From the NCBI GenBank assembly GCA_028023455.1, contig JAQFVV010000002.1, positions 24,428,001-24,492,000 of the forward strand: a stretch of DNA of 64,000 bases, read 5' to 3'. The stretch is from Epiperipatus broadwayi. Its lineage: Eukaryota; Animalia; Onychophora. The notes under the pieces are model-generated. The model searched no databases. It was not told where the DNA came from and saw nothing but the letters and a program-made list of their open reading frames with translations. Of the stretch, positions 12,092-25,780 are shown piece after piece; the first letter of the stretch is position 1, and the number at the start of each line of letters is the position of its first letter. Position numbers and translations under genes: made by a program.

Positions 12092-15000
12092 CTAAAATAA
12101 ATAATGAATTATTATTATTATTAAATTAGTATTCTAAAAAATAGTAATGAATATGCATATAATAGTCTATTATTGCATTTTTCACATTTATTGAACGACT
12201 TCATAGACTAGTGATAGCACACTGCCTGACATGCCAACAAATCTAGATTCAAATTAAGGCTAGATAAATCTTGAAATATTTCTAGCTCCAATTAGGCTAG
12301 ATAATTATCTAATCTTGTTTGGTCACTGGATATGTGGCTATTCTTAGATAAAAAATAAACAAGGATGAAAAACGAAGTAGTCAGAAAACTTGATAAGTAA
12401 TTTTAATCTTTATTTGAACTTCTCAAATATAAACAACTTATTAGTAATAACACATAAATAGACAACACAGGTTAGTAAGCACAATGTTTTGAATAGTATT
12501 GTTGTCCATTCTTCTTCAAGTGATGCTGGCCCGAACAGTGACAATATTAGCATAGGAGACAAACTTACACCTTTAGATTCCTGAATATTGAATTTTAAGA
12601 CAACATTATAATCAAGTGAGCTATTCTGTAACATTTCTTCTTCATTATTCTTCTATGAGGGAGATCATTACAAAATCTGGAAGTTGTAATTGGATATTTA
12701 TTACTCTGTTTTCAGAACAGGTTATATTTGCCTGATTAATACGGTTTGTTTAAACTCCTTTGCATTATTAATCTCACATACCTTGGTCAAATTGCAATAT
12801 TTAATGTCTATATAAACATATTAGACTATAAAGAAAAGTGGTAGCATCTTAATTGTTAAAAGAGGTTGCCTTGACAACAGGTTGAAATTATTAATAGCTT
12901 AAGGGTTGATTGTTATCATCTACATTTGTAAACCTATTAGAACCTTGAATAATTGGTTTTAGGATCTTAGTACACCTTTTACCTATAGTGGAATAATGAA
13001 GCCATGATATGTACTGTAACAATATACACTATTAAAACACATGTAAATAAACAAAAAATAACATTAAAATTGGTAAATTTAAATTTTTTTTTACGATAAA
13101 GCAGCAGCCATTTTTCCATCTCAGAAAACCATTATGTGATTTTTTAATTGTTTTTCAGATTACAATGAAAGCAAACATATTTTCTTCATCAAATTTTGAT
13201 ATTGTACAATATTTGATGCAATAAAATTTTTTAATTCTTTCAGTGTCAACCTGACCCCCAAATTTTTAAATAGATTCTAGTGATTAATATTTTTACTATA
13301 ACGCCATGTTTGATTCTTTTGTGTGTGCAATTAAATATTTTTTACATATATTACAACATTCATTTATAGACTATATTATAAATATGTAAGCCTTCTAATG
13401 TTTTAAAGACCTACAGAGGTCCCTAGTGACGATTTTTTCAGACGCTCATTGCTAAGGTTTACAGCCTTGTTAAAACTATTAATAATTAACATTGTAAAAC
13501 ATGGAAAATTAATATTTTAAAATTATAAAAATAAGTATCTAAAGAAGGTCTTACTGATAATAAAAAAAACATCATTATTGGCTTCACAATATCTATCCAA
13601 AAATGTTAAAAGAACAAAATATTAGATATGAGAATTTTATGTTATTTAAAAATGATATATTTAGAATTAGTTATCATCAAAGAAACAAAAAAATTCTAAA
13701 TGTTGATAAATTATTAAAATATTACACTTAATTTTTACAAAAATGATTTTCTTTTTACCCTCTAATGGTTATTTCAGTGGTAATTTCCAGCCAATCACAA
13801 ATTGCCACCTCCTTCATAGCTTTGTTGGGACAATAGAATGTGCTGTCAATCACAGACAAAGATACGTAAAGGTCTGAATACTGCTGTCATCTCTTGAAAG
13901 ATTTTATAAATTATTACATTAAAAATTAAAACTTTCTTAGAAAGAATCGCTGTAGCCTTTCACACACCCATAATTTAACATATAAAATGCTTTAAAACAA
14001 CATAAAAAATAGTGATTGCAGTGACATCGTGTCACCTAAAATGTAAAATAAGATAGTGCTATCATAGCTTACTTCCGTGAAATAGTTATAAGTATTCTCT
14101 CTCTCTTTTTTTAGGATTCCAATTATTCTTCAGTGAAACCATGACCCATCATTTTTTGTACATCTAAAATTTATGGTTCATTTGTCTTTTTTTATATATA
14201 GCAATTTCTTAAGTGATAAAATGAAAGCTATTGATGTGATAGTGCCAAAAAAAAAATTGTACAACAATATTTGTATATTCCATCAGAAAATTCAGGTTTG
14301 AAGAATACAACTGAAAATTTAAATGAAAAATAGCAAGTAGAAATGATTGTATAGAGTCTGAAATTGATAAGAAATTAAAAACATCAAGAGAATTAGAAAA
14401 GTCAGTCTTCTGATAACAAGACTGTTATTATTTTCCAGGAAATATATATTGAAAAAAAATTTAAAAGGACACTGTCCACAGCATGTTTAATTGTGGTGAA
14501 TGTCTGATACTTCTCTATTCATTTTATTTTTTAAAAAAAATGAGAATACAGTATAATAAGTTTTTTATTTTTTGAATCAGTGTGAATGAATGAACACACA
14601 ATAAATATATATGGAAATGTGCTCCTTCAATTTAGTATTAATAAGTACATTATTATTTTTAATCATGTTTATACTATAATCTTAATTTGAATATGCATGC
14701 TATGCATATAAAAATTGTGTTATAAATATGTGTATAGTAAAAATTACTATAAACTATCTTATTGTAATCAAAGCTTATCAGACAAGCATGTCCAATTATG
14801 TATTATGTATGGCACAGTGAATATTGTAGCCCCACTGTATTTGTAAATGGTGGTCATCCTTCTCTCTAATGTTTAAATGTAGTGGTTGCTACATCTATTT
14901 TTTAATTTATTATTGCTGTAAAGTGGACAATTAGTAAATAAAAATATAAGCTATTCCTTTTTAAAATAATTTTTTTAAAAAATAGTATGCACAATATTAG

Positions 15001-15836
15001 TAATTTAAATTCATTATTTCAATTTCATTTTTTACTTGGGTATGATTATTTCTTTTTACTATAATTATATAAACATTAAAGATTCTAGTTATTGTTGTTG
15101 ATTTAAATTAAAATGATAACATTAAAGTATAAAATAGAAATAATGAAATAGATATTTTACAAAACTATAGGGTTTTTAACATTTTTTGATATTATCTTAA
15201 ATTCAACTTCTGTTATTACATATAAACGTTTATAATGGCAATGAAAATAGATTGTTTCTTTAACATAAGCAAAATAGATATCTCTATCTAAGATAAATTA
15301 TTATGATTTCAAATTTTAAAAATAACAGTCATATTTACTAGAAAGTTAAATTTAATAGTGTTTTCAATACATAAATATTTCTTTTTAATGCCAAAAGCTC
15401 CTTCTTTCAATTTCATTCAGATATTCAATTTTCCATTATAAATATCTGAATTTACAAGAAAATCAATAGAAAAGAAACTGAATAATCTAACCTTCAAAAA
15501 TATCAGAGTTTGCATCTCAAAAGCTAAAAAGAAAAAAAAATTAACTGAAAAGGAACTTTTTTCATTCTTTGATTTAATCTTCAAACAAATATTGCAGTAA
15601 CTTCTCTTATTTTACAATATATATATAACTTTTCAAAAATATTTTTTAAAGATTAAAAAAAAAAAACCAATTACCTGTTGTCATAAAATAAAATAACTAT
15701 CAGTTTGAATACATTTAGAAAGATATAAATAAAGTTTAACGATTTCATCTAAATGAATGAAATAATTGGATATATGCATATACCTTGTGTTTCAAATGTC
15801 TTTCAAAAATTAGAATATTATGTGAAACAGATCTAA

Positions 15837-16179
15837 GCCAATAAACATCACATGACCACCATCTCTTATGCTTGTGTATAACTATTGTTAAAACAGGCAA
15901 AACTCATTATACGTATTGCCACACATAGCAAGCTAGAGTAATCAATGGATGTCAGAAGGCTTGTGCATAAAATCCCCATCTAGTGCCTATTCATCCAATA
16001 TCCCCATAGTTTCTGGCTTATGGCCTTCGTCAGTGAGGAGCCTTGGATCTGAGAGCACTGCACCTAGATCTTAGGATGAGTAGGCACTAGATGGGGATTT
16101 TATGCATAAGCCTTCTGGCATCCATTGATTACTCTAGCTTGCTGTGTGTGGCAATACGTATAGTGAGTTTTTGCCTGTT
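15837..16179 (-). mobile_element. Fold-back mini-element with a hammerhead-like core in the loop and an ATCACATGACC terminal motif
   Basis: Inverted arms at about 15893-15995 and 16075-16180. The loop (minus) reads TCCTCA CTGACGA AGGCCATAAGCC AGAAAC TA TGGGGA. A 14-bp direct repeat TGAAACAGATCTAA lies at 15823-15836 and 16180-16193. Confidence 0.75.
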
Positions 16180-16365
16180 TGAAACAGATCTAAATATAGA
16201 TTTTATTTTGGATGAAAAAATAAGTTGTTCTAATGTCCTTCCTTATTTACATATTGTTAAACCAATAATCCAATATTGAATACTTTAATAAAAAGAAAAC
16301 AGAATTTCTCAATAGCAAGCTCAACCTTGTTTAATTATAATTTATTAATCAGATACTCTACTTGG

Positions 16366-16445
16366 TTAGGCACAGTTGGTATAGTGGCTGACTTGTGATT
16401 GGGAGGTCTCAGGATCGATTCTGGCACTCACAGGTCTGCTGCTTG
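16366..16445 (+). mobile_element. tRNA-derived SINE head (degenerate)
   Basis: A-box-like TGGTATAGTGG and B-box-like GGATCGATTC at tRNA spacing; the downstream CAGGTCTGCTGC also occurs near 23780. Confidence 0.5.
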
Positions 16446-18991
16446 AACTTCTTAATAAAACCATATGGTTTTTTTATTATCATTAATCAGATAACGTCCA
16501 CTATTTTTAATGTAAGACCAGTTCTCATCTTAATCAAGAGTCATAAACTATAAGTTTGAATAATCAATGGACATTAGATGGTAGAGTGCTATACGATTAA
16601 CATCCACATGTTCTTTAATATATTCACGCAATAAAAAAATATTTAGGTTTGACTTTTGTGAGATTTTGGTGTGCAAGATTAAGTTATTAAAATGCAGTTT
16701 TAAATAAATATTTTCAACTTTCTATATTCTACTGATGACTTTTTGTAACAAATGCAACCAATAATTTTTTTATTGCATTCTAAGTATGTATGTTTTAAAA
16801 AAAAACACCTTTAAACAAAATATTCTAAGTGGATCCTGCATGTGTAGGCATACACAAAGCACATACCAATTTCTATAATTTTATGTAAAACAAATATAGC
16901 ATAATATCTAATATAATTTCATATCCAATTACTAATTCTTTACAATAAGTATGTGTTTAATATAATTAATAGTAATATTAACATTTTCAAATAGACACAA
17001 TTTCTTTATAGTTTTTAATAACTACCTTTCAAACCGATAATTAAAAAGATGGTGAGTAAAATATAAAAGATTTAGCTTTCTTCAAGAATATATTACTAAA
17101 TGTTGGTTCAAAACATTTTTCTATATAAATAGATTTTATAACCAGTGACTTTTTAAAAGTTCTGTCACAAAGAGATGAGAATTTGAGTTTGTTTCGGTTA
17201 CTCATCTATAACTTCTGAAATATTCAGTAATATAAGAAACACACATGTTAATTATAATAGATCATATTTAAATTTCCCATTATCAGACTTAGTTTTTATT
17301 CTATCTAGGGTTCACAGGGTATTAATTCTGTCTTTTACGCAAATTACTTTTAATTCAGTAACTAAAGTCTACAAAACTTTGTCTACAATGTAGCAATTTC
17401 TTCTATAGTTTATTTGGTTTAAAAATTCAAAAAAAAAAATGTAAAAAAAAAATGTGACAATTAAAAATAAATTTTTGATTTGAAAATGATTCGTAGTTTC
17501 ACAATTAATAAATATGGTAAGAATGTGCTAAATTAAAACTTCAAGTATTTGTTTATTTATTTCATATATGATTTATAATGTCAATGGATTTTCAAATCTA
17601 ACTAAATATGTGATAGAAGCTTTATTAATTATGACTTTATCAAATGGTTTAATTGCTTTGGAATTCATAAGAAGTACAAGTGCCAAAACTGGAAATGATC
17701 CAAAAACTTTATGCCCCAGAATCTAATATTCTAATGCTACCTAAATTAAATAGGGCAACATGTGGTTGTAATATCAGTTAACATTTTTGGTTATTCTGAA
17801 AGTATTACTTAAAAAGAATGCAATTCCCAACCTTGTTTGGCTGATATACTAGTGGTTTTCTAATTATTAAAGTTGCATCACATTTTGGTATTAAAAATAC
17901 AATACAACATGAAACACCATATCTTATATTGCTAATTCTTATTATATCATTTATTTATTTTAAAAAACAAATTATTATACCTTGATACCGCCATCCCCTT
18001 TCCCGGAAAGAATTGAAGGTAAATAGTAAAAAGATTAGTTATTTTGAGTACATTTTCAAAAAAGAAGAAAATAAAAATTCATAATAATGAATTGGAAGAA
18101 GTTAAAAATTACAAATATTATGGGAAAATTATTATAGTATAAAAAGAATAAGTTGAGTGCCGCTGGTAGAAATAAATTTAATACTAAATTAATAGCTGAA
18201 AAGGATATGTTTAATGGCTAATTCTTACCATGCTTAATCATGAATGAGAAGCATGGACATTTAAAAATAAAAAAAATTTTAAATTTACTTCCAATTTTTA
18301 TCCATAATAGAGATTGTTAGATGAAAATTTAAAAAGTGATCTAAGAATAAAGAAGCATCAAAATGATCAAAATTGCAACTGTCCATGTGTAGACCATGCT
18401 TAGATTAGATTATGACTATTATGGTAAAATTAATGCATATTTATTTCTCATTATATATTAAATGTTTACATTAGGTTTTACTTCAATATAATAGCTTTTT
18501 AAATAAAAATTACTCAACTGAATATCTATGTGATATCAACTGAGTCTTTTGTCAAAACTTTGTTATTTGAAAATTATACCTTATGACTTTGTTCTCAGTT
18601 GATTAATCTTTTTTCCTTATTTATAAATTGATATTTAGGATTGCAGATAACTTTCAGTTTATAAACAAATGTTTTTGAAAAAATCTTTAAAAATTAAAAA
18701 ACTAAACAATAAACTTTATTTTGACAAAAAATAAAACAGAAAAAAGATTACTTCTGGTAGCCAAAAAAAAAAAAAAAAACTATCAAAGAGTTATGCTTCT
18801 AAACATTTTATACATTCAGTAGGGATCTCACCACTATTAATGCAGTTTTGGAATAACTGAGTTAAGTGTTCCAGCACTTTTCTAATTTCACTTTTATTAA
18901 ATTTGAGTTAATTCCACTAAGGCCAGAAGCCTTTCTGTTTTTCAGTTATTTCTGCATCATTTACATTTCAGTAATTTTTAATATCATAGAA

Positions 18992-20270
18992 CAGTTGTAG
19001 CAAACCTATGGCATGCATGCCAATGGTGGCATATATGAACCTTTTACTGGCAAGCAAACTATTTACAGATCATAATTTTCTAAGGTTCAAAATATTTTTT
19101 TTTTGTTATTAAAACTTGTACTAATATAAATTTACTGTAAACTAAAAGTGAAATAAATAAATATATTATTATATTAGAATTCAATTTGCAATTGAACTCT
19201 GATTAGAAACAATAATAAATTTGGGGAAAAAAATTTGTACATATATTATGTGTGAAGTAATGATACATAAGTCAAATAAAGTAGTATCATATTCTATAAA
19301 ACTGTCAAATGATTCCAATAAAACTATGAAATAAACTCAATAAAATGTTTTCTAACTCTTTGAAATAAATCTCAAACCATGAAGTAAAAGTAGTAAAATA
19401 TTTTACTGTCATAAACTTTTTCTCTCTAAACATAATTAATATCATTCAATTTTTGAAGTAATCGAAATCTCAAACAAAGTAAGGAAATGCGTGATTAACG
19501 TCATCAAAAATTATTTAAATATGCAACTAGTTGGTAAGCAACATATATATATGTATATATATAATTGCTAGGTTGAAATTACTCTCATAAAAAATAAAAT
19601 GAGTGTCATATCTCCCCTTAGACCGGATTCCATCTTATCTAGATCGAATTGAGCATTCATCACCATGTTATTTTGTATACCTTCAAATATTTTCCAACTA
19701 TAAGGAAATTCTTGACTAATTTAGAATCTCATGAGAAGCCAGATCAAGTAAAATTGACACAAAAGTTTTGTGCTGTTATTCAATCGATAATTGACAAACT
19801 TTATTCAAGATTTATACAGTTCAGACAATTTGATGTCAATAGATAATCTCAATTTATAAATTTTCAAATAGTTTAGTTTGGAAGATATGGAAATACAAGT
19901 AGCCAATTTTCAATCCAGTTCTATATGAAAACAAAAATTTGTCAACTTGAGAAATGAGTTGGAAAGAATTGAAAATGATCGATTATTGGGCATATTCAAA
20001 ATGAATGCTGAAGAGGAACTATTGATAGCCTGGAACACTATTCCTGAAACATTTGATTGTTTAAAAAAATTAGCGACCACTATATTATCAATTTTCTCCT
20101 CTACATATGCGTGTGAGTCATTGTTTTTCTGAAATTAATTTAATTAAAGGTAGTACAAGAAATAGAATGATAGATGAATCTAGTATGGTATGGACATTAT
20201 TAAAAGTGATGCACTATGAACCAGATATAAGACATTTGGTATCCAATGTACAATAGCAAAAATCTCATTA
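18992..20270 (+). mobile_element. Internally deleted hAT (Buster-type) element
   Basis: The left end CAGTTGTAGCAAACCTATGGCATGCATGCCA is a typical hAT terminus. A transposase C-terminus at 19650-20270 reads AWNTIPETFDCLKKLATTILSIFSSTYACESLF...YEPDIRHLV...KSH*. Confidence 0.8.
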
Positions 20271-20411
20271 AATAATAATATGAATTTATGTTGATTTTAT
20301 ATTATTTTCAAAATTTTACTTTAATTACTATTAATTCTGTATTATTAAATTTCATTCAACTTGTGCTGTCTAAATAAATATCGTTCACTTGTATTTAATT
20401 TAGCTTATTTA

Positions 20412-20538
20412 ATATACAAAAATTAACAAAGCGTATGACACACTTGAATGAGAAGCTATAAAGATACACAGTGTGTCATATGCTTTGTTAATTTTTGTAT
20501 ATTAAATTATCAAATGAGAAGTCTTAAAATCTTTAATA
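20412..20538. mobile_element. Small fold-back with tail and 13-bp flanking direct repeat
   Basis: TTAATATACAAAAATTAACAAAGCGTATGACACAC versus GTGTGTCATATGCTTTGTTAATTTTTGTATATTAA; TTTAGCTTATTTA at 20399-20411 and 20539-20551. Confidence 0.7.
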
Positions 20539-21129
20539 TTTAGCTTATTTAGAAATTTTGTTTAATTAAGAATTTTGTAAATATGAAATTTCGAAATAAA
20601 TGAATTATTATTGTCATTATTATTATTATTCTTTTATAAACTTTTAAGAATTTGCAATAATTAAGTTTTTTATACCAGTATTTTGATTTGATAACTGTAT
20701 GGCACGCCAATAACTCAATTAGTTTTGGAAATTTTTGGCACACACACATAAAAAGATTCACCACCACTATCATGGGATATTCTACCATTTGGATATTCTG
20801 TTCTTCACCCATCTTCTGAAATTATCTGTTAACAAATTTTCAAAATATTGTCTCCATTTTTTCACTGTAATTAGTGATGTTAAATTTCTTTTTCTTTTTT
20901 GTCCTAAACTCTTGATCATACTTCAGCATTCATTGCTTTTCTTTACACAAAAATCATAAATTAATCCTTTTAAAATTCATTTTCCATATTTCAGTTTTCT
21001 GGGATGCAAAATAATTGTTTCTAAGTCCTGATATCATATATCAAATTTTCTTAATAAATACTATTATAATTTTTTTTTCACTTCTTAATCCTTTGCTCAA
21101 TAATTGTATATATTTATATATCATTTAAT

Positions 21130-21631
21130 ACACAATAATGTTCTTTTCATTGACTCCAATCAAATTATATACTCTCCTTTTTTCATTTTAAAAACTTTAT
21201 TTCTTCTTATTAACCATAGATACATATTTACATCTTTAAACACTCAACGTTTCGACTACTTTTTTTCTGTAGAAATTTTCAAGGATTTTTTTTTCTTTAA
21301 AAACTTTATTTCTTCTTATTAACCATATATACATATTCGCATCTTTAACACCTAATGTGGTCGAAACATTGGGTATTAAAGATGTGAATATATATATATG
21401 GTTAATAAGAAGAAATAAAGTTTCTGTGAAAATGATTACAGAAAAAAGTCGGCAAAACGTTGGATGTTAAAGATGTAAATATGGTTAATAAGAAGAAATA
21501 AAGTTTTTAAAAAGAAAAAAGGAGAGTATATAATTTGATTGGATTCAATGAAAAGATTGTAGTTTATAAGACATACATATTTTTTTTAAAAAAAGGTTTT
21601 TTACTGTGGTTGTTAAAAAAGTTAAATATAT
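21130..21631. mobile_element. Fold-back of about 415 bp with internal sub-repeats and degenerate hammerhead 3' halves; Penelope pLTR-like
   Basis: Palindrome at 21142-21555; GTAGTCGAAACGTT (minus, about 21245-21260), GGTCGAAACATTGGG (21359) and GGCAAAACGTTGG (21451). A 14-bp direct repeat ATATATCATTTAAT lies at 21116-21129 and 21632-21645. Confidence 0.7.
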
Positions 21632-21642
21632 ATATATCATTT

Positions 21643-21790
21643 AATCATCATCATCATCAATTATTAACAATCCACTACAAGATATCTCTCCAAATTCAAT
21701 CCATCTTCTCCGATCTTTAGCGTCTCTTCTCCACATCACCCTTTCTTATTTCATCCATCCATCTCACATGTGATATCTTTCTATATTCAC
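21643..21790 (-). mobile_element. Short 3' fragment of an RTE LINE with (GAT)n tail
   Basis: Reverse complement of the 29700-29840 RTE end (AGATGGATGGATGAAATAAGAAAG...GATGATGATG). Confidence 0.8.
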
Positions 21791-23523
21791 TTTTTTTTTT
21801 TCTATATTCACTTTTTACACCACAATACATTTTATTTATTCTTGATAATATTTCCTTATAGTTTATCAATGTATAAGAAGTTCTCCTAGTGTATTATTTA
21901 AAGTGTTAATTATAGTCTATAATATAGGTTTGGTTTTAGTCAAACAAGAAACATTCCATCTGTTAGCTCACTGCATTTTTGATTGACTTTAGATGTATAT
22001 TAATTTTTCCTTTCATACAATTATATATAGAAACAAATTTATCGAATAAAACAATATGTGGTATCAAAACTATGAAAGTAAAATATAAATGTTAATGCTT
22101 GAAAAAAAGAGACAAATAGATTAAATAAACTTATTTATAAAATATATTATGCAAACAAGTGTTTCTTTTTTATTCTAATGTTTTTACAAAATGATTCCCA
22201 TATGTTTAAGATGTATCGTGTTCCTCTAAAAGAATAAATGGCCTAGACTAGAAGAAATGATTAAATTTCTGAAACCCTTTAAAATAGTATATAAAATTAT
22301 AAAAAAAAATAATATGCACACACAACTATAAATTGTATTAAATAATTCCTCAAAAGTAGTTAGAAAATTTATTTTAATTTTTTTTAGTTGAAAACAAAAA
22401 AGATCAAAACAATCTAATATTATTATTCTGTTTCAAAGTCTACATTTAAATTAATTTCATGATAGCCAAAAACATAGAAAATCTCATATGACTGGTCGTA
22501 AAAAAATAATTACTTACTGCTCTGAAACTAACAAAAGAAAATATTCGATAAGTCACTCAAAAATTTAATTTCTTTTTCTTTTATTTTTAAAAAAAATGGG
22601 GGGGGGGGCAGTGTTTGAAAAAAAAAAAAAAAAAGGTTTAGAATATATAATAAATGATTATAAGACTGATTTTTATTTCATTTTAGATTTGGGATTGTTA
22701 AATTAAAATGAAAAACAAATTTTTTGATGCAGACATTTTATATCTATATCAATCAATCCAGCTACTTGATACGAGGAAATATCTAAAATAAATTGACATA
22801 AATATGTGATGATTAATTACATCTTCATGCTAAGATAATGCAAAGTGATTTAAAATCCATTATTTAAGCTTAATTTGTTTATAATTATCAATGGTAATTT
22901 TTTTTTAATTCACTTTATTTATATTCAATATAAGAGACTAATTTTATTATATAGAGATGGGCATTCATTGTATATATCATGAACAAAATTTGGCATTATC
23001 ACAATTGAGTAAATGTAGAACATAAAATATTTTGCTGCTTCACAAAGGGTTGACATGTGTGGGTGCGGAGGGTGTGTGGGACACAAAAGTGCTTCATCAA
23101 TGGGGGTGTCAAATAGCCATGATAATTAATAAAAGTTATATGTAAATAAAAATGGTTAGATTTACAGAGAAACACATTCTGATAGCAAATTTTTTTATTA
23201 TTTAAATATAAGAAAATTATCTTCTTACTTCATCTTGTGACTATTGTTCATAATATACAAAATATATATTTTACCATTGCATTTAACTAAACAGAGAGCT
23301 TTGTCATGATAATTAATAAAATTTATACGTAAATGAAAATGTGTAGATTTCTGAAGCATTTTAATTTAAATATCCTAATTTGTATTTAAAAAATGACACA
23401 TTACTATTAATAATTTATTTAAAAATAATTATCTCATAATAATTACAATATTTCTGCAGTCGGAATATAGTAAATAATTCCATTTTTATCAGTTATATCT
23501 CAGAAGCAATGGTATAAATTATT

Positions 23524-23595
23524 TGGCATAGCAGAGTAGTCAAAGCACCCATGCCTGGGGTACAGAGTACTGGGATCGATTTTAATGGTGCCTCA
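23524..23595 (+). mobile_element. Possible degenerate tRNA-derived SINE head
   Basis: TGGCATAGCAGAGTAG ... GGGATCGATT, an A/B-box-like spacing. Confidence 0.3.
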
Positions 23596-25089
23596 AATGT
23601 TTTCTTTATTTTTAAAACCATTTTTTTTTTCATTTTAATAGCAATATTATTATTTTTTTATGTGTTTTATTAATTAGCTTTTCCTTGGATTTGGACTTGT
23701 GGGGTTTGTTATCTATCTAAAAACTTGTAATTAATCCACAATACTACCCAATTGTATCTGAAAAGTTGTTTTTTGATTGCAGGTCTGCTGCCTGCTTTGG
23801 CTACACAACAGGTCAAATTCAAGGAAGATAGAAATAGTAAAATAAACCATAATATTTAAAAAAGACATGTGCCAAAACATTTAATTCTTAACCAATTTGA
23901 TTATATTGATATTTTAATGCTATTTTCTAGCATGTAACAACCATATAGTATTATTTGAAAGTTCTTTTAAATGTTGCTCAATTGGGAAAGTGCTTTAAAA
24001 AACTGGATTGTTTGATTTTTTTAGTTACCTAACAAAATCTAACATTATTTGTTGACAAATAATGTAAGTGTGAAAATTTTAAATATCATACTATATATAA
24101 CAAAGTATACTTATTAATATTGAAATAACCCATAAAAAAATAAATAATAAATGAAATATTTTATTATTGAAGTAATATAACTTTGTTAATAAATACATAA
24201 ATAAATTTATGCACGAGAGATTCTGAATGGGTTTTCAAACAAATAAAAAACTATTTTTAATAAATTATTGACATGTCAGTTAAAGTTGACTTAAATACTA
24301 GTAAAAAAAGTCTGAGTTCCATCTGCTTTGTTATAACTATTGTACTTCAGAAAAGATAATAGTGACAAGCAGTTTCACAAAAAATAAAGAAAATGACTCC
24401 ATTTTGTAAGGAATAAAGAAAACAAACTCTCTTTTCTTCTCACCATGTCTGCAAAATTGCCCAGACTTTAGACAAGTATGTCTATAGATAATATTTTTAG
24501 TAAACATGTAGATAACATAGAAGTAGAATTACTTTTATACTATCAGAACTGGCTGGAGAAAAAGGGACAAGGATAGGGCAATGTTTTGATGTGTGTTCAG
24601 GGATGGGGAGTCTTTTAAATATGTAAATCACTTAATAGTTAATAAAATTATCTTATTTGCAAATATTTCCTGTCTAATAACTATTTTGCAGGATTATCCA
24701 ACAAATAATACAAAAACTGTCAGATGAAAAAAATTAAAATTCAATAAATTTCCACTTATGATACTAAATAAATATTTTTGTTTTAAGGTATTTATTTTTT
24801 CAAAAAATATTTTCTAAATATTCATTTATTTTATTTTAGTACGTGTTTCAATCTCTTAGTCTATTTTATAGAAATGAATAAAAGCTATGATACAATATTA
24901 CTTCCAATTCAAAATAAAAAATTCTAACATCTTATTTCTGTGGACTTTTGCTTTACACTATACATGCACATAGTATTATGATAGTTATTTGTGTAGAATA
25001 GCATGTTAAATCTTTTTTAATCAATATTTTTTGGATTAATTTCATAAACAGCTTTAACAATCTCCCAAACTGCTACTTTTACTGTTATT

Positions 25090-25780
25090 TTGTCAGTGCT
25101 GACAATTCCGTTTTTTCACTTGATTTTCAAAGTGAAAACAAATATTTTAGAATCTTTTAACATGTTGCCAATATTGACAATTCCAATATTTTATTTTTAA
25201 ATGGAAATGAATGTTTTAGAATAATTTAATGTGATTTTCTCAATGCTGATAATTCTAATATTTTTGTTTTGATTTTTAAAGTGAAAACAAATGTTTTCGA
25301 ACCTTTAGAATTTTTTTATAAATAACAAATCAATATACACAATAAAAGCCTGCCTTCCAAGGTGCAGATTGATTATTTCTTGTTCTTCACACAAAAGAGT
25401 GCCTATCAAAATTTTGAGAATTCTGGGATTTTAAAACGAAATGAATGTTTTAGAATATTTTTAAGTTATTTTGCTGATTTTACTATTATTTTATCAATAT
25501 TTTTGTTTTGATTTGAAAGTGAAAACAAATGTTTTAGAAGCTTTTAATGTTATTTTGCTGAATTTTACCATTATTTTGTTCTGTAAAACCTTTAGAATTT
25601 TTTTACAATTAACAAATCATATACACAATGAGATAAGAGCCTTCATTCCAAGGTGCTGTTTGGTTTTCTTGTTCCCTACACAAGGGAAAAGCTGGAAAAA
25701 TTTTGATAGTTCTGTGAATTTTGTTTTGATTTTAAAAGTGAAACGAACGTTTTAGAATCATTTAACTTTATTTTGTCAAT
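25090..25780. repeat. Complex AT-rich tandem repeat (70-90 bp subunits within about 235-bp higher-order units)
   Basis: AAAGTGAAAACAAATGTTTTAGAA-like motifs recur near 25130, 25280, 25518 and 25737. A block containing CCAAGGTGC is duplicated at about 25320-25410 and 25610-25700. Confidence 0.75.

Noticed and set aside
17165-17215. Hammerhead-like TAGATGAGTAACCGAAAC (minus strand)
   Set aside because: CUGA is altered, the cleavage position would be G, and helix I does not form.
17650-17840. THAP-domain remnant (LKKNAIPNL)
   Set aside because: Only one short motif; the C2CH residues could not be recovered.
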